Below the pieces are notes generated by a model. It was given only the letters and a program-made list of their open reading frames with translations, made no database searches and was not told the origin of the DNA. DNA of 19,156 nt from a virus (taxonomy: Duplodnaviria > Heunggongvirae > Uroviricota > Caudoviricetes), in IMG/VR virus record IMGVR_UViG_2548876862_000001, positions 1 to 19,156 of that record. The stretch is one strand, 5' to 3'. A program made the position numbers and the translations under genes. Of the stretch, positions 1 through 11,026 are shown one piece after another. The stretch's first letter is position 1, and every line of letters starts with the position of its first letter.

Positions 1-69
1 GGAATCGACAAGATAACCGCGCAGGTTAACTACCTGCAGGAGTACATCAGGACGCAATGCCTGAAATAA
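1..69 (+). CDS. 3' end of an upstream gene (partial, 22 codons, ...GIDKITAQVNYLQEYIRTQCLK); identity not established, by P22 synteny this would be the end of the lysis cassette
   Basis: Frame 1 is open from the window start to TAA at 67-69 and is followed by a terminator. Too short to assign. Confidence 0.35.
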   Translation, partial: GIDKITAQVNYLQEYIRTQCLK

Positions 70-101
70 ATTTTTTTGCAAATCACAAAGTCAATTTAAT
101 G

Positions 102-125
102 AGCCTCGCGATGCGGGGCTTTTTT
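102..125 (+). terminator. Rho-independent terminator
   Basis: Stem AGCCTCGC (102-109) pairs with GCGGGGCT (113-120), including one G-U pair, followed by TTTTT (121-125). Confidence 0.6.
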
Positions 126-268
126 ATGTCCGCAGTAAACGCGCATCTCACGCGCATATTAACGAGAGCCTTTCAGTAAGCGAGCCTGAGAAATGCCGTT
201 ATAGGTGGCGACCTCTCTCGGGCGGCTTTTCTGTGAGACAGGCTCACTTTCTAAAAGGTAAAGACGCT

Positions 269-793
269 ATGAATAATCATTCAGTTATTCCAGCCTTCGA
301 CTTCCGAGAAATGGTGCAAGCCAAAAACGGAGAGGTCGTTACCACATCCAGAAAAATTGCCAAGTACTTCGGCAAGCGACACGGTGATGTTCTCAGGAAA
401 ATCGAGCAGGTTAAGGCTGATTGCTCGCGTGAGTTTAGCCAACGCAATTTTGCGTCGGCTGATTATATCGATGAGCAGGGCAAGGTTCGCCCGATGTACA
501 GCCTGACGAAAGATGGCTGGATCATGGTTGTGATGGGGTTCACCGGGAAAGCTGCTGCGGCAATCAAGGAGAGCTATATCGCAGCATTCAACTGGATGGC
601 AGAGCAACTGAGCCGCCGCATGGCAATTGGCGAAGAAATGCAGCACCGCTACGCCATCAAAGAAACACGCTCAAAGCTGAAAGGTACGATCGGCAGTCGG
701 TTAATGAACGAACGGAAGAGAGAGAAGCGTGTCCTGGCTGTCGAGCATGAATACATTTTGCAGGTGACACAGCCTGAACTGCTGATTAATTGA
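269..793 (+). CDS. rha: Rha-family phage regulatory protein
   Basis: N-terminal region TSRKIAKYFGKRHGDVLRKIEQ and later YSLTKDGWIMVVMGFTGKAAAAIKESYIAAFNWMAEQL look like the Rha family by eye. ATG 269 has AAGG at 255-258; the ORF track starts at in-frame GTG 233, which lacks an SD. Position matches rha in P22-like genomes. Confidence 0.8.
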   Translation: MNNHSVIPAFDFREMVQAKNGEVVTTSRKIAKYFGKRHGDVLRKIEQVKADCSREFSQRNFASADYIDEQGKVRPMYSLTKDGWIMVVMGFTGKAAAAIKESYIAAFNWMAEQLSRRMAIGEEMQHRYAIKETRSKLKGTIGSRLMNERKREKRVLAVEHEYILQVTQPELLIN

Positions 794-897
794 AGATGTC
801 ATTACAAAGCCTATCTACGGGTGGGCTTGATAATGGCTTATACCCTGCACGGGATAACTTAACTGATATCCCTTTTAACGGATAAACGGAGCCAACA

Positions 898-1140
898 ATG
901 GCAGAGATTATTCCCATGACTGAAGAACAGAAATTCCAGTTAGAGATTTACAAGCTGGTCATGAACCAGAACGCAGCCGCAGAGGAAGCATTTCAGTTCA
1001 TTGGCACTGACGAACTGAAGCTTGAGCTATTCAAAATTCACTTCCAGTCAGGCGGCGCTAATTCAGATATCACGACCCGCACTATCGAAGCGGTGCGTAA
1101 ATCGAAGGAAGCGTTAGACCTGTTCACCACCGGAGCATGA
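898..1140 (+). CDS. Hypothetical 80-aa protein, orf80-like
   Basis: ATG 898 with GGAG at 888-891; 80 aa; sits between rha and gene 3 as I recall orf80 does in P22. Confidence 0.6.
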   Translation: MAEIIPMTEEQKFQLEIYKLVMNQNAAAEEAFQFIGTDELKLELFKIHFQSGGANSDITTRTIEAVRKSKEALDLFTTGA

Positions 1141-1141
1141 T

Positions 1142-1321
1142 GTGAGCCGCGTAATCAATTTGGGTAAGGAGAAGAAATTCCCAATTACTCAAGAGCTATA
1201 CGAGCGGCTTGAAAGCGTTATTCATGATTACGATGGTGAAATCAGTTTGTGTGAGGCGATTGGCACACTCGAATTGCTGAAGCAGTCACTGATTGAAAGC
1301 GCGAAAGAGTCATCAGCCTGA
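1142..1321 (+). CDS. Possible small protein, 59 aa, GTG start
   Basis: GTG 1142 follows GGAG (1132-1135) by 6 nt and begins right after the orf80 stop (1138-1140). Open to TGA 1319-1321; fills the gap to gene 3. Below the ORF-track size cutoff. Confidence 0.25.
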   Translation: MSRVINLGKEKKFPITQELYERLESVIHDYDGEISLCEAIGTLELLKQSLIESAKESSA

Positions 1322-1344
1322 AATAACAAATAAGTGAGATGAAT

Positions 1345-1833
1345 ATGGCGGCACCAAAGGGCAACCGATTTTGGGAGGCCCGCAGTAGTCATGGGCGAAA
1401 CCCGAAATTCGAATCGCCTGAGGCGCTGTGGGCTGCTTGTTGTGAATACTTCGAGTGGGTAGAAGCTAACCCGCTATGGGAGATGAAGGCGTTCTCGTAT
1501 CAGGGTGAAGTGATACAAGAGCCTATCGCCAAGATGCGAGCGATGACTATTACCGGACTCACTCTGTTCATTGATGTGACGCTTGAAACATGGCGCACAT
1601 ATCGCCTGCGAGAAGATTTATCTGAAGTCGTTACGCGAGCAGAGCAGGTCATCTACGACCAGAAATTCTCTGGCGCAGCCGCTGACCTTCTCAACGCTAA
1701 CATCATCGCCCGTGATTTGGGCCTCAAAGAGCAGTCGCAAGTTGAAGACGTAACACCTGATAAGGGAGATCGCGATAAGCGGCGCTCTCGTATCAAGGAG
1801 CTATTCAACCGTGGAACTGGACGCGATTCTTGA
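1345..1833 (+). CDS. 3: Terminase small subunit
   Basis: Translation from ATG 1345 ([46 protein letters not shown]...) matches my memory of P22 gp3 at 162 aa. The track start ATG 1339 abuts the SD-like GTGAG, so 1345 is preferred. Confidence 0.9.
   Translation: MAAPKGNRFWEARSSHGRNPKFESPEALWAACCEYFEWVEANPLWEMKAFSYQGEVIQEPIAKMRAMTITGLTLFIDVTLETWRTYRLREDLSEVVTRAEQVIYDQKFSGAAADLLNANIIARDLGLKEQSQVEDVTPDKGDRDKRRSRIKELFNRGTGRDS
1612..1639. other. Candidate pac site for headful packaging, inside gene 3
   Basis: GAAGATTTATCTGAAGTCGTTACGCGAG encodes ...[10 protein letters not shown]... in TerS. It closely resembles the P22 pac sequence as I recall it, and P22 pac lies inside gene 3. Confidence 0.5.
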
Positions 1834-3310
1834 TAACCTGAGCGACGAAGAGCAAATCGAATTGCTCGAGCTACTCGAAGAAGAAGAGAACTACCGGAAC
1901 ACACACCTGCTATATGAATTTACGCCATACAGCAAACAGCGTGAGTTCATCGACGCCGGGCATGACTATCCAGAGCGATGTTTTATGGCTGGTAACCAGC
2001 TTGGTAAGTCATTTACTGGTGCTGCTGAAGTCGCGTTTCACCTTACCGGGCGTTATCCGGGCACAAAAGGCTATCCTGCTGATGGTAAATATGGCGGTGA
2101 GTGGAAAGGTAAGCGTTTCTATGAGCCTGTTGTCTTCTGGATTGGCGGCGAGACAAACGAGACGGTAACCAAAACGACTCAACGCATCCTGTGCGGTCGT
2201 ATTGAAGAGAATGATGAACCGGGTTACGGTTCAATACCGAAAGAGGACATCATTAGCTGGAAGAAGTCTCCTTTCTTTCCGAACCTTGTTGATCATCTTC
2301 TGGTTAAGCATCACACGGCTGATGGCGTTGAAGATGGCATTTCAATCTGCTACTTCAAACCATACTCGCAAGGCCGTGCACGCTGGCAGGGTGACACAAT
2401 CCACGGCGTGTGGTTTGACGAAGAACCACCATACAGCATTTATGGCGAAGGGCTTACCCGTACCAACAAATATGGGCAATTCTCAATTCTGACGTTTACC
2501 CCGCTGATGGGGATGTCTGACGTTGTTACCAAGTTCCTGAAGAACCCCAGCAAGTCGCAGAAAGTGGTCAACATGACCATCTATGACGCTGAGCACTATA
2601 CCGAAGAGCAGAAAGAGCAAATCATCGCATCCTATCCCGAGCATGAGAGAGAGGCGCGTGCTCGCGGTATTCCTACGATGGGTAGCGGGCGAATCTTCCA
2701 GATACCGGAAGAGACGATTAAGTGTCAGCCGTTCGAGTGTCCTGATCACTTCTACGTAATTGGCGGGATGGATTTCGGATGGGATCACCCGCAGGCGCAG
2801 GTTCAGCTTTGGTGGGATAAGGACGCAGACACAATCTACGTTTCACGCGTGTGGAAGGCGAAAGAAAAAACAGCCGTTCAGGCGTGGGGAGCCGTTAAAT
2901 CATGGGCGCATAAAGTGCCAACTGCATGGCCTCATGACGGAAACCAGCATGAGAAGGGCGGCGGTGAGCAGCTCAAAGGGCAGTACGCGGACGCTGGTTT
3001 TATGATGTTGCAGGAGCATGCGACATGGCCTGATGGCGGTAATGCTGTTGAACCTGGCATCACTGAATTGCGCGACATGATGCTTGATGGTCGCTTCAAA
3101 GTATTCAACACCTGTGAACCATTCTTTGAGGAGTTCCGCCTCTATCACCGTGATGAAAACGGGAAAATCGTCAAGCTTAACGACGACGTTCTCTCAGCCG
3201 TTCGCTATGCATACATGATGCGCCGCTTCGCAAAAATGATGCGCGACATCAAAAAACCAAAAGAGAAAAAGATACCAGCCCCAATCAGGCCCATCGCACG
3301 GAGAACTTAA
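1811..3310 (+). CDS. 2: Terminase large subunit
   Basis: 499 aa, the P22 gp2 length. Walker A-like AGNQLGKS near the N-terminus. GTG start at 1811 with AAGGAG (1795-1800) upstream; overlaps gene 3 by 23 nt. Confidence 0.95.
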   Translation: MELDAILDNLSDEEQIELLELLEEEENYRNTHLLYEFTPYSKQREFIDAGHDYPERCFMAGNQLGKSFTGAAEVAFHLTGRYPGTKGYPADGKYGGEWKGKRFYEPVVFWIGGETNETVTKTTQRILCGRIEENDEPGYGSIPKEDIISWKKSPFFPNLVDHLLVKHHTADGVEDGISICYFKPYSQGRARWQGDTIHGVWFDEEPPYSIYGEGLTRTNKYGQFSILTFTPLMGMSDVVTKFLKNPSKSQKVVNMTIYDAEHYTEEQKEQIIASYPEHEREARARGIPTMGSGRIFQIPEETIKCQPFECPDHFYVIGGMDFGWDHPQAQVQLWWDKDADTIYVSRVWKAKEKTAVQAWGAVKSWAHKVPTAWPHDGNQHEKGGGEQLKGQYADAGFMMLQEHATWPDGGNAVEPGITELRDMMLDGRFKVFNTCEPFFEEFRLYHRDENGKIVKLNDDVLSAVRYAYMMRRFAKMMRDIKKPKEKKIPAPIRPIARRT

Positions 3311-5470
3311 ATGGCCGACGAAAACAGACTCAATTCCATTCTGTGTAAGTTTGACGCGGACTGGATGGCGAGCGATGAAGCCAGAACCGAGGCGACAAAT
3401 GACCTGTATTTTAGCCGAGTGTCGCAATGGGATGACTGGCTATCAAACTACACGACCCTGCAATATCGCGGACAATTCGATGTTGTTCGCCCGGTGGTCA
3501 GGAAGCTGGTCGCAGAGATGCGCCGGAATCCTATCGACGTTCTCTTCCGACCAAAAGACGGAGCTAATCCTGATGCTGCCGATGTGCTGATGGGGATGTA
3601 TCGTACTGATATGCGCCATAACACGGCAAAAATTGCCGTTAACGTTGGCGTTCGTGAGCAGATAGAGTCCGGCGTTGGTGCATGGCGTCTGGTCACGCAG
3701 TACGAAGACAACGATCCAACAAGCAACAATCAGGTAATTCGACGCCTGCCAATTCATGAAGCCTGCTCACACGTCATATGGGACGCCAACAGCAAGCAGA
3801 TGGATAAGAGCGATGCTAAGCACTGCACGGTGATTAACGCCTTGTCACGCAATGGCTGGAAAGAGTTCGCAGAGGATTACGGTATTGATCCGGACACCTT
3901 ACCATCTTTCCAGAATCCGAACGATACATGGCTGTTTCCGTGGGTATCGAATGATGTCGTCTACGTCGCTGAGTATTACGAGGTCGAAGAGAAGAAAGAG
4001 AAGGTCTTCATCTACCGCGACCCGCTGACAGGTGAGCCGGTCAGCTATTACCAGCAGGATATCAAAGACGTCATCGACGACCTGGCTAATCGTGGATTCA
4101 TTAAGGTAGCAGAGCGCAAGGTGAAGCGTCGGCGTGTGTATAAGTCGATCATCACCTGCACGCAGATACTGAAAGACCGCGAGAAGATAGCCGGAGAGCA
4201 TATTCCAATCGTTCCAGTGTATGGCGAATGGTCATTCGCTGGTGACAAGGAGTGCTACGAAGGAGTGGTAAGGCTGACGAAAGACGGTCAACGCCTTCGT
4301 AACATGATCATGTCGTTCAACGCCGATATCGTTGCTCGTTCACCGAAGAAGAAACCTACCTTCTTCCCTGAGCAAATCGAAGGCTACGAATACATGTACG
4401 GTGGAAATGATGACTATCCGTACTATCTGCAGAACAGGACCGATGAAAACGGTAACGACCTGCCGATTGGTCCAATCTCCTACATGGAAAACCCTGAAGT
4501 GCCGCAAGCCAACGCTTACATGCTTGAGGCTGCCACCAACGCAGTGAAAGAGGTGGCTAGTCTTGGCGTGGATGCGCAGGCGGCAAACTCTCAGGTCGCT
4601 TTCGATACCGTCAATCAACTGAACATGCGGGCAGATCTTGAGACATACGTGTTTCAGGATAACCTGGCTACCGCAATGCGACGTGATGGCGAGATTTATG
4701 CCTCAATGGTCAACGATATTTATGACGTTCCTCGTCATGTAACGCTGACGCTTGAAGATGGAAGCGAGAAAGACGTTCAACTCTATGCGCAAGTTGTCGA
4801 TTATCAGTCCGGCAATGTGGTCACACTCAACGACATTCGCGGTCGCTATGAGTGCTATACGGACGTTGGGCCATCCTTCCAGAGCATGAAGGAACAGAAC
4901 CGCGCAGAGATTCAGGAGTTACTCACCAAGGTTCCGCAAGGTACTCCAGAGTTCCAGATGCTGATGCTGCAATACTTCACGCTGCTTGACGGTAAAGGCG
5001 TCGAGATGATGCGAGAGTACGCGAACAAGCAACTGGTGATGATGGGGCTGAAGAAACCAGAAACACCTGAAGAGATGGTACAGCAGGCTCAACAGCAGCC
5101 GCAGCAGCCATCAGCAGAGCAAATTCAGGCGCAGGGTATCCTTCTGCAAGGTCAGGCTGAATTGCTCAAGGCAGAGAACCAACAGGCGCAGATTCAGGTT
5201 GAAGCTGCCAAGGTTGAAGCCCAAAACCAACTCAACGCCGCGAAGATTGCAGAAATCTTCAACAATATGGACCTCGACAAGCAGGCAGAACTGCGTGAGT
5301 ACCTCAAGCTCGTAGGTCAATTCCAGCAACAGCGCAGCAAAGATGCTCGTGCTAACGCTGAGCTGCTTCTTAAAGATGCAGACCAGACTCATTCACAACG
5401 CATGGATTTCGCGAATCTTATGCGTCAAGTTCAAATCCCCTCCGGCGGAGTAGCCGAGACACCTCAATAA
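3311..5470 (+). CDS. 1: Portal protein
   Basis: 719 aa beginning [28 protein letters not shown], with a Gln-rich helical C-terminus. Strongly similar to P22 gp1 by recall. ATG directly follows the TerL stop. Confidence 0.95.
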   Translation: MADENRLNSILCKFDADWMASDEARTEATNDLYFSRVSQWDDWLSNYTTLQYRGQFDVVRPVVRKLVAEMRRNPIDVLFRPKDGANPDAADVLMGMYRTDMRHNTAKIAVNVGVREQIESGVGAWRLVTQYEDNDPTSNNQVIRRLPIHEACSHVIWDANSKQMDKSDAKHCTVINALSRNGWKEFAEDYGIDPDTLPSFQNPNDTWLFPWVSNDVVYVAEYYEVEEKKEKVFIYRDPLTGEPVSYYQQDIKDVIDDLANRGFIKVAERKVKRRRVYKSIITCTQILKDREKIAGEHIPIVPVYGEWSFAGDKECYEGVVRLTKDGQRLRNMIMSFNADIVARSPKKKPTFFPEQIEGYEYMYGGNDDYPYYLQNRTDENGNDLPIGPISYMENPEVPQANAYMLEAATNAVKEVASLGVDAQAANSQVAFDTVNQLNMRADLETYVFQDNLATAMRRDGEIYASMVNDIYDVPRHVTLTLEDGSEKDVQLYAQVVDYQSGNVVTLNDIRGRYECYTDVGPSFQSMKEQNRAEIQELLTKVPQGTPEFQMLMLQYFTLLDGKGVEMMREYANKQLVMMGLKKPETPEEMVQQAQQQPQQPSAEQIQAQGILLQGQAELLKAENQQAQIQVEAAKVEAQNQLNAAKIAEIFNNMDLDKQAELREYLKLVGQFQQQRSKDARANAELLLKDADQTHSQRMDFANLMRQVQIPSGGVAETPQ

Positions 5471-5483
5471 GAGAGAGTTAATC

Positions 5484-6395
5484 ATGGACCAAACCACCGA
5501 CATTCAGGCTTCTGAAGAATTAACCCTGCCCGGCAATCATGCAGCGGCATCTGCTGATGGCTTAGTTGTCGATAATGCCAACGACAACGCAGGTCAGGAA
5601 GAAGGCTTCGAGATTGTCCTGAAAGACGATGAGAAACCAAAACAAGACCCGGCAACTAATGCTGAATTTGCCCGTCGCCGCATCGAACGCAAACGCCAGC
5701 GTGAGCTTGAGCAGCAGATGGAAGCGGTTAAGCGTGGAGAGTTGCCGGAGCACCTGCGGGTGAACCCTGAGTTACCAAAACAACCAGACCCTAACGATTA
5801 TCTTTCCGAAGATGCACTGGCTAAGTACGACTATGACCAGAGCCGCGCACTGGCTGCCTTCCAGCAGGCAAACAGTGAATGGCAGATCAAGGCTATGGAC
5901 GCACGAAGCCAGGCTGTCGCCGAGCAGGGTCGCAAAACTCAGGAGTTCACCCAGCAATCAGCGCAATACGTCGAGGCAGCCCGTAAGCACTACGACGCAG
6001 CGGAAAAGCTCAATATCCCTGACTATCAGGAGAAAGAGGATGCATTCATGCAACTGGTGCCGCCAGCAGTCGGTGCCGACATCATGCGCCTCTTCCCGGA
6101 GAAATCCGCTGCTCTCATGTATCACCTTGGTGCTAATCCTGAGAAGACACGCCAGTTGCTGGCGATGGACGGGCAATCCGCGCTGATTGAACTCACTCGA
6201 CTGTCAGAACGTTTAACTCTCAAGCCTCGAGCCAAGCCTGTTTCAGAAGCCCCGTTACCTGATGAACCCATTCAGGGACACGCTGTTGCTGCAAATATCT
6301 CTGCGATTGAAAAGCAGATGGAAGCGGCAGCAAACAAAGGGGATGTAGAGACGTACCGCAAGCTCAAGGCGCAACTGAATAAAGGAATTCGATAA
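5484..6395 (+). CDS. 8: Scaffolding protein
   Basis: 303 aa, the P22 gp8 length, acidic N-terminus and helical C-terminus. RBS GAGAGAG at 5471-5477. Lies between portal and coat. Confidence 0.9.
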   Translation: MDQTTDIQASEELTLPGNHAAASADGLVVDNANDNAGQEEGFEIVLKDDEKPKQDPATNAEFARRRIERKRQRELEQQMEAVKRGELPEHLRVNPELPKQPDPNDYLSEDALAKYDYDQSRALAAFQQANSEWQIKAMDARSQAVAEQGRKTQEFTQQSAQYVEAARKHYDAAEKLNIPDYQEKEDAFMQLVPPAVGADIMRLFPEKSAALMYHLGANPEKTRQLLAMDGQSALIELTRLSERLTLKPRAKPVSEAPLPDEPIQGHAVAANISAIEKQMEAAANKGDVETYRKLKAQLNKGIR

Positions 6396-7690
6396 TGGCA
6401 TTAAATGAAGGTCAACTGGTCACGTATGCTCTGGATGAAATCATCGAAACCGTCCAGAACCTGACGCCAATGGCGTCCAAAGTGACAAAATACACCCCTC
6501 CGGCAGAATCCATGCAACGTTCAAGCAACACCGTGTGGATGCCTGTTGAGCAGGAAGCGCCAACCCAGACTGGCTGGGATTTAACTGGCAACGCAACCGG
6601 GATTCTGGAACTCTCCGTGAAATGCAACATGGGCGATCCGGATAACGATTTCTTCGAGCTTCGTGCAGATGACCTGCGTGATGAGCGTTCTTACCGTCGC
6701 CGCATCCAGGCATCCGCCAAAAAACTGGCGAATAACATTGAGTCAGCGATTGCCAAACAGGCAACTGAAATGGGCTCGCTTGTTGTTCACGATACCCGAG
6801 CAATTGGTCCATCTACTGGCCTGTCTGGCTGGGATTTTGTGTCTGATGCAGAGCGCCTGATGTTCTCCCGTGAGCTAAACCGCGATATGGGCATCAGTTA
6901 CTTCCTGAACCCTGACGATTACCGCAAAGCAGGCCGCAACCTGGTAGATGGTGACATCTTCGGGCGCGTTCCTGAAGAAACGTATCGCAACGGTACTATT
7001 CAGCGTCAGATTGCTGGCTTTGATGAAATTCTTCGCTCACCGAAACTTCCGGCAGTTACCAAGTCAACCGCTACTGGTGTAACTGTGTCTGGAGCGCAGA
7101 AGTTTAAGCCGCAGGCATACACCCTTGATACCGATGGTAACAAGGAGAACGTCGACAACCGTGTTGCAACGGTGACCGTATCCTCCACCACCGGATTTAA
7201 GCGCGGCGACAAAATCAGCTTCACTGGCGTGAAATTCCTGTCTCAGATGGCGAAGAACGTGCTGACTGATGATGCTACTTTCTCAATCACCCGTGTGATC
7301 GATGGTACTCACATCGAAATCACGCCGAAGCCGATTGCGCTTGATGACGCGTCACTGACAAAAGAAGAGAAGGCTTACGCTAACGTAAACACCTCTCTTG
7401 CTGATACCACTCCGGTAAACGTTCTGAACGTGGCAACAACCACCGCTAATGTGTTCTGGGCTGATGACTCAATCCGTCTGCTGTCTCAGCCGATCCCGGT
7501 AACCCATGAACTGTTTGCTGGCATGAAAACGTCTTCCTTCAGCATTCCTGGTATTGGTGTTAACGGCATCTTCGCAACGCAGGGTGATATCAACACTCTG
7601 TCTGGTAAGTGCCGTATTGCTGTGTGGTATTCAGCATGTGCTGTACGACCAGAGGCAATTGGTGTTGGTCTGCCTAACCAGACCGCGTGA
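6395..7690 (+). CDS. 5: Major coat protein
   Basis: 431 aa beginning [20 protein letters not shown], ending ...[14 protein letters not shown]. Similar to P22 gp5 by recall. ATG overlaps the scaffold TAA (TAATG). Confidence 0.95.
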   Translation: MALNEGQLVTYALDEIIETVQNLTPMASKVTKYTPPAESMQRSSNTVWMPVEQEAPTQTGWDLTGNATGILELSVKCNMGDPDNDFFELRADDLRDERSYRRRIQASAKKLANNIESAIAKQATEMGSLVVHDTRAIGPSTGLSGWDFVSDAERLMFSRELNRDMGISYFLNPDDYRKAGRNLVDGDIFGRVPEETYRNGTIQRQIAGFDEILRSPKLPAVTKSTATGVTVSGAQKFKPQAYTLDTDGNKENVDNRVATVTVSSTTGFKRGDKISFTGVKFLSQMAKNVLTDDATFSITRVIDGTHIEITPKPIALDDASLTKEEKAYANVNTSLADTTPVNVLNVATTTANVFWADDSIRLLSQPIPVTHELFAGMKTSSFSIPGIGVNGIFATQGDINTLSGKCRIAVWYSACAVRPEAIGVGLPNQTA

Positions 7691-7696
7691 TAACCA

Positions 7697-7720
7697 GAGG
7701 GAGCTTCGGCTCCCTTTTTT
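7697..7720 (+). terminator. Rho-independent terminator after the coat gene
   Basis: GGGAGC (7699-7704), loop TTCG, GCTCCC (7709-7714), then TTTTTT (7715-7720). Confidence 0.7.
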
Positions 7721-7734
7721 ATCTGGAGACAAGC

Positions 7735-7971
7735 ATGACACACATGATCTTTCGTCATGGCGACATGAAGAAGTGGAAAGGCGTTGGCTACGACTTTGAA
7801 ATCGTGAAAGCCGAAGAGCTTCAGGAATATCTGGATGCTGGTTGGTTTTCACATCCTGATGACCTTTTGAAGGATGTTGCAGAGCCAGAGCCAGAGCCAG
7901 AAGAAAAACAGCGTAAAAAGCCTGGTCGAAAACCTAAGGCGGCAGCAGATGAACCTGACAACGAAGGGTGA
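7735..7971 (+). CDS. Small hypothetical protein, 78 aa, with EPEPEPEE linker and basic C-terminal tail
   Basis: ATG 7735 sits 5 nt after GGAGA (7725-7729), just downstream of the coat terminator. Stop TGA 7969-7971 overlaps the gene 4 start by 23 nt. Confidence 0.55.
   Translation: MTHMIFRHGDMKKWKGVGYDFEIVKAEELQEYLDAGWFSHPDDLLKDVAEPEPEPEEKQRKKPGRKPKAAADEPDNEG
7882..7899 (+). repeat. Tandem hexanucleotide repeat (GAGCCA)x3 inside the small ORF
   Basis: Read directly from the sequence; encodes EPEPEP in frame. Confidence 0.9.
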
Positions 7972-8449
7972 TTTAGTCCTTGCGGCATTACGTAAGCTCG
8001 GTGTGGCATCAAATGCCACGTTAACCGATGTCGAACCGCAGTCTATGGAAGACGGCGTCAACGACCTTGAAATGATGATGGCTGAATGGCTTGGAGGTGA
8101 TGCGTCACCTGGTATCAACGTTGGCTACATTTTCGCTGATGCAGATGTCGCTCCGGATCCTGGCGATGAGCACGGTTTGTCAAATAACGCTATCAATGCC
8201 GTCATTTTCAACCTTGCCTGCCGCATTGCTCCAGATTATGCGCTGGAAGCGTCTGCAAAACTTATAACCACTGCCAGATACGGGAAAGAGCGACTCGTCA
8301 AACTGTCTGCAATGGACAGAGCAAAAGCCGCTAAATGTAAGTCCGGTTATCCAAACCGTATGCCTGTTGGTAGCGGTAACCAGTTGGCGAAGTGGAACGG
8401 TTGGAATTACTTCCACCGAAAGGAACCTTGCGATAACGGGAGCGAATAA
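7949..8449 (+). CDS. 4: Tail accessory / head-completion protein gp4
   Basis: 166 aa from ATG 7949 ([33 protein letters not shown]...), the P22 gp4 length and N-terminus by recall. The track start 7874 is an upstream extension. Confidence 0.85.
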   Translation: MNLTTKGDLVLAALRKLGVASNATLTDVEPQSMEDGVNDLEMMMAEWLGGDASPGINVGYIFADADVAPDPGDEHGLSNNAINAVIFNLACRIAPDYALEASAKLITTARYGKERLVKLSAMDRAKAAKCKSGYPNRMPVGSGNQLAKWNGWNYFHRKEPCDNGSE

Positions 8450-9868
8450 ATGCCGATTCAGCAACTTCCGCTTATGAAAGGTGTCGGCAAAGACTTTCGA
8501 AACGCCGACTATATCGACTATCTGCCAGTGAATATGTTGGCTACACCCAAAGAAATCCTTAACAGCAGCGGATATCTTCGCTCATTCCCGGGCATTGCCA
8601 AACGTTCTGATGTGAACGGTGTATCGCGCGGAGTCGAGTACAACATGGCGCAGAATGCTGTTTATCGCGTGTGTGGTGACAAGCTCTACAAAGGAGAAAG
8701 TGAAGTCGGTGATGTTTCCGGAAGTGGTCGTGTATCAATGGCTCATGGTCGGACATCACAGGCGGTAGGTGTTAATGGTCAACTGGTCGAGTATCGCTAT
8801 GATGGCACGGTTAAAACCGTCTCAAACTGGCCTACAGACAGCGGATTCACACAGTACGAGTTAGGTTCAGTTCGCGACATTACGCGCTTACGTGGGCGTT
8901 ATGCGTGGTCAAAAGACGGAACTGATTCATGGTTTATCACTGACCTTGAAGACGAATCGCACCCTGACCGATACAGTGCACAATATCGCGCAGAATCGCA
9001 GCCGGACGGCATCATCGGTATCGGGACATGGCGAGACTTCATCGTCTGCTTTGGTTCTTCGACGATTGAGTATTTTTCCCTGACTGGTGCAACCACCGTT
9101 GGTGCTGCTTTGTATGTCGCCCAGCCATCGCTGATGGTGCAGAAAGGCATTGCCGGAACCTACTGCAAAACGCCGTTTGCTGACTCGTATGCGTTCATCA
9201 GCAATCCGGCAACAGGTGCGCCGTCTGTGTATATCATCGGCTCCGGTCAGGTATCACCAATCGCCAGCGCGAGCATTGAGAAAATACTACGCTCCTACAC
9301 TGCTGATGAACTGGCTGATGGTGTGATGGAATCGCTGCGATTTGATGCGCATGAACTGCTGATTATCCATCTTACGCGTCACGTCCTCGTGTACGACGCA
9401 TCTTCAAGCGCCAATGGTCCGCAATGGTGTGTACTGAAAACAGGCCTGTATGACGATGTGTACCGCGCTATCGACTTCATTTACGAAGGCAATCAGATAA
9501 CGTGCGGCGATAAGCTGGAATCGGTTACCGGCAAATTGCAGTTCGATATCAGCAGCCAGTACGACAAACAGCAGGAACACCTGCTGTTTACTCCGTTGTT
9601 CAAAGCAGATAACGCCAGAGTTTTCGACCTTGAAGTTGAATCTTCAACTGGCGTTGCGCAGTATGCTGACCGCCTTTTTCTCTCTGCAACCACTGACGGC
9701 ATCAATTACGGGCGTGAGCAGATGATTGAGCAGAATGAACCGTTCGTTTACGACAAACGCGTTTTGTGGAAGCGAGTAGGGCGCATCAGGAAAAATGTCG
9801 GCTTCAAATTGCGCGTTATCACTAAGTCACCTGTCACTCTGTCAGGCTGCCAGATAAGGATTGAGTAA
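8450..9868 (+). CDS. 10: Tail accessory protein gp10
   Basis: 472 aa, the P22 gp10 length. ATG abuts the gp4 stop; GGGAG at 8438-8442. Synteny. Confidence 0.9.
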   Translation: MPIQQLPLMKGVGKDFRNADYIDYLPVNMLATPKEILNSSGYLRSFPGIAKRSDVNGVSRGVEYNMAQNAVYRVCGDKLYKGESEVGDVSGSGRVSMAHGRTSQAVGVNGQLVEYRYDGTVKTVSNWPTDSGFTQYELGSVRDITRLRGRYAWSKDGTDSWFITDLEDESHPDRYSAQYRAESQPDGIIGIGTWRDFIVCFGSSTIEYFSLTGATTVGAALYVAQPSLMVQKGIAGTYCKTPFADSYAFISNPATGAPSVYIIGSGQVSPIASASIEKILRSYTADELADGVMESLRFDAHELLIIHLTRHVLVYDASSSANGPQWCVLKTGLYDDVYRAIDFIYEGNQITCGDKLESVTGKLQFDISSQYDKQQEHLLFTPLFKADNARVFDLEVESSTGVAQYADRLFLSATTDGINYGREQMIEQNEPFVYDKRVLWKRVGRIRKNVGFKLRVITKSPVTLSGCQIRIE

Positions 9869-10569
9869 TGGTTGATTCATCACTGAATAATCCTGTCGCG
9901 GTTCAGGCTACGCGCCTTGATGCTTCAATTTTGCCACGCAATATATTCAGCCAGTCTTACATGCTGTATGTCATAAATCAGGGTGCTGATGTTGGCGCAA
10001 TTGCCGGGAAGGCAAATCAGGCTGGTCAGGGCGCTTACGATGCTCAGGTGAAAAACGATGAACAGGACGTCGAGCTGGCAGATCACGATGCAAGAATCAC
10101 CGCAAACACAAAAGCGATAAATCTCCTTGAGGTCAGGTTAACAACCGCCGAAGGGAAGATAGTCGTACTACGTAGCGATGTTGATTACTTGCTGGATGAG
10201 GTTATCGATATTCAGGCGCATCTGGTCACTGTTGACCAAAGACTGGATGGCGTAGAAAGCGATGTATCTGACATTAAGAGTGATTACGTATCGAAAACCG
10301 TAACCGAATCGCAGTCTCTTGCGTCACCGCTGGATGTAAAAACATCATATTCAGTTGATGGAATTCAGGTTGTTGGAGCAAGAAATACCGGATGGACTGC
10401 AGCCACAGGTACGCCACTTCTTGGCTCATTCAACGCTAACCAGTCATACACTGTCGGCACTACGTACACGCAATCCGAAGTCGCAGCTCTCGCTACAGGT
10501 TTGCAGCAGGCGCGGCAGCGTATTCTGGCGCTTGAAACAGCACTTAGATTACATGGGCTGATTGACTGA
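9868..10569 (+). CDS. 26: Tail needle protein gp26
   Basis: 233 aa, the P22 gp26 length. N-terminus [27 protein letters not shown] matches by recall, followed by a heptad-rich helical core. Start overlaps the gp10 stop. Confidence 0.85.
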   Translation: MVDSSLNNPVAVQATRLDASILPRNIFSQSYMLYVINQGADVGAIAGKANQAGQGAYDAQVKNDEQDVELADHDARITANTKAINLLEVRLTTAEGKIVVLRSDVDYLLDEVIDIQAHLVTVDQRLDGVESDVSDIKSDYVSKTVTESQSLASPLDVKTSYSVDGIQVVGARNTGWTAATGTPLLGSFNANQSYTVGTTYTQSEVAALATGLQQARQRILALETALRLHGLID

Positions 10570-11024
10570 TGATTACATTCAAACCAACGCGAAACATCGA
10601 CCTGATAGAAGCAGTAGGAAATCACCCTGACATTATTGCTGGAAGCAACAACGGTGATGGATATGACTACAAGCCTGAATGCCGTTACTTTGAGGTGAAC
10701 GTGCACGGTCAGTTTGGCGGCATTGTTTACTATCAGGAGATTCAGCCGCTGACATTCGATTGCCACGCCATGTACCTGCCAGAGATTCGCGGCTTCAGCA
10801 AGGAAATCGGGCTGGCGTTCTGGCGATACATTCTGACTAACACCACCGTTCAGTGCGTCACATCGTTCGCCGCACGCAAATTCCGCCACGGGCAGATTTA
10901 CTGCGCAATGATTGGCCTTAAGCGTGTCGGAACCATCAAGAAATACTTTAAAGGCGTGGATGACGTGACATTTTACAGTGCTACACGCGAAGAACTAATC
11001 GACTTCCTGAATCACGGGAGATAG
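10569..11024 (+). CDS. 14: gp14-like protein
   Basis: 151 aa in the gene 14 position between 26 and 7. Start overlaps the gp26 stop. Assignment is by synteny only. Confidence 0.65.
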   Translation: MITFKPTRNIDLIEAVGNHPDIIAGSNNGDGYDYKPECRYFEVNVHGQFGGIVYYQEIQPLTFDCHAMYLPEIRGFSKEIGLAFWRYILTNTTVQCVTSFAARKFRHGQIYCAMIGLKRVGTIKKYFKGVDDVTFYSATREELIDFLNHGR

Positions 11025-11026
11025 CC

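Noticed and set aside
281-646. 121-aa minus-strand ORF inside rha
   Set aside because: Lies entirely antisense within a gene that has clear family features; no RBS seen. Shadow ORF.
796-892. 31-codon ORF in the rha-orf80 intergenic region
   Set aside because: No convincing SD and too short; more likely untranslated spacer.
1653-2234. Track ORFs on either strand overlapping the terminase genes (1653-1904 minus, 1914-2168 plus, 2043-2234 minus)
   Set aside because: All lie out of frame or antisense within the terminase genes, which are supported by motif and synteny.
10365-10889. 174-aa minus-strand ORF overlapping genes 26 and 14
   Set aside because: Antisense to two syntenic structural genes, Cys/Arg-rich, no RBS. 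Typical shadow ORF.
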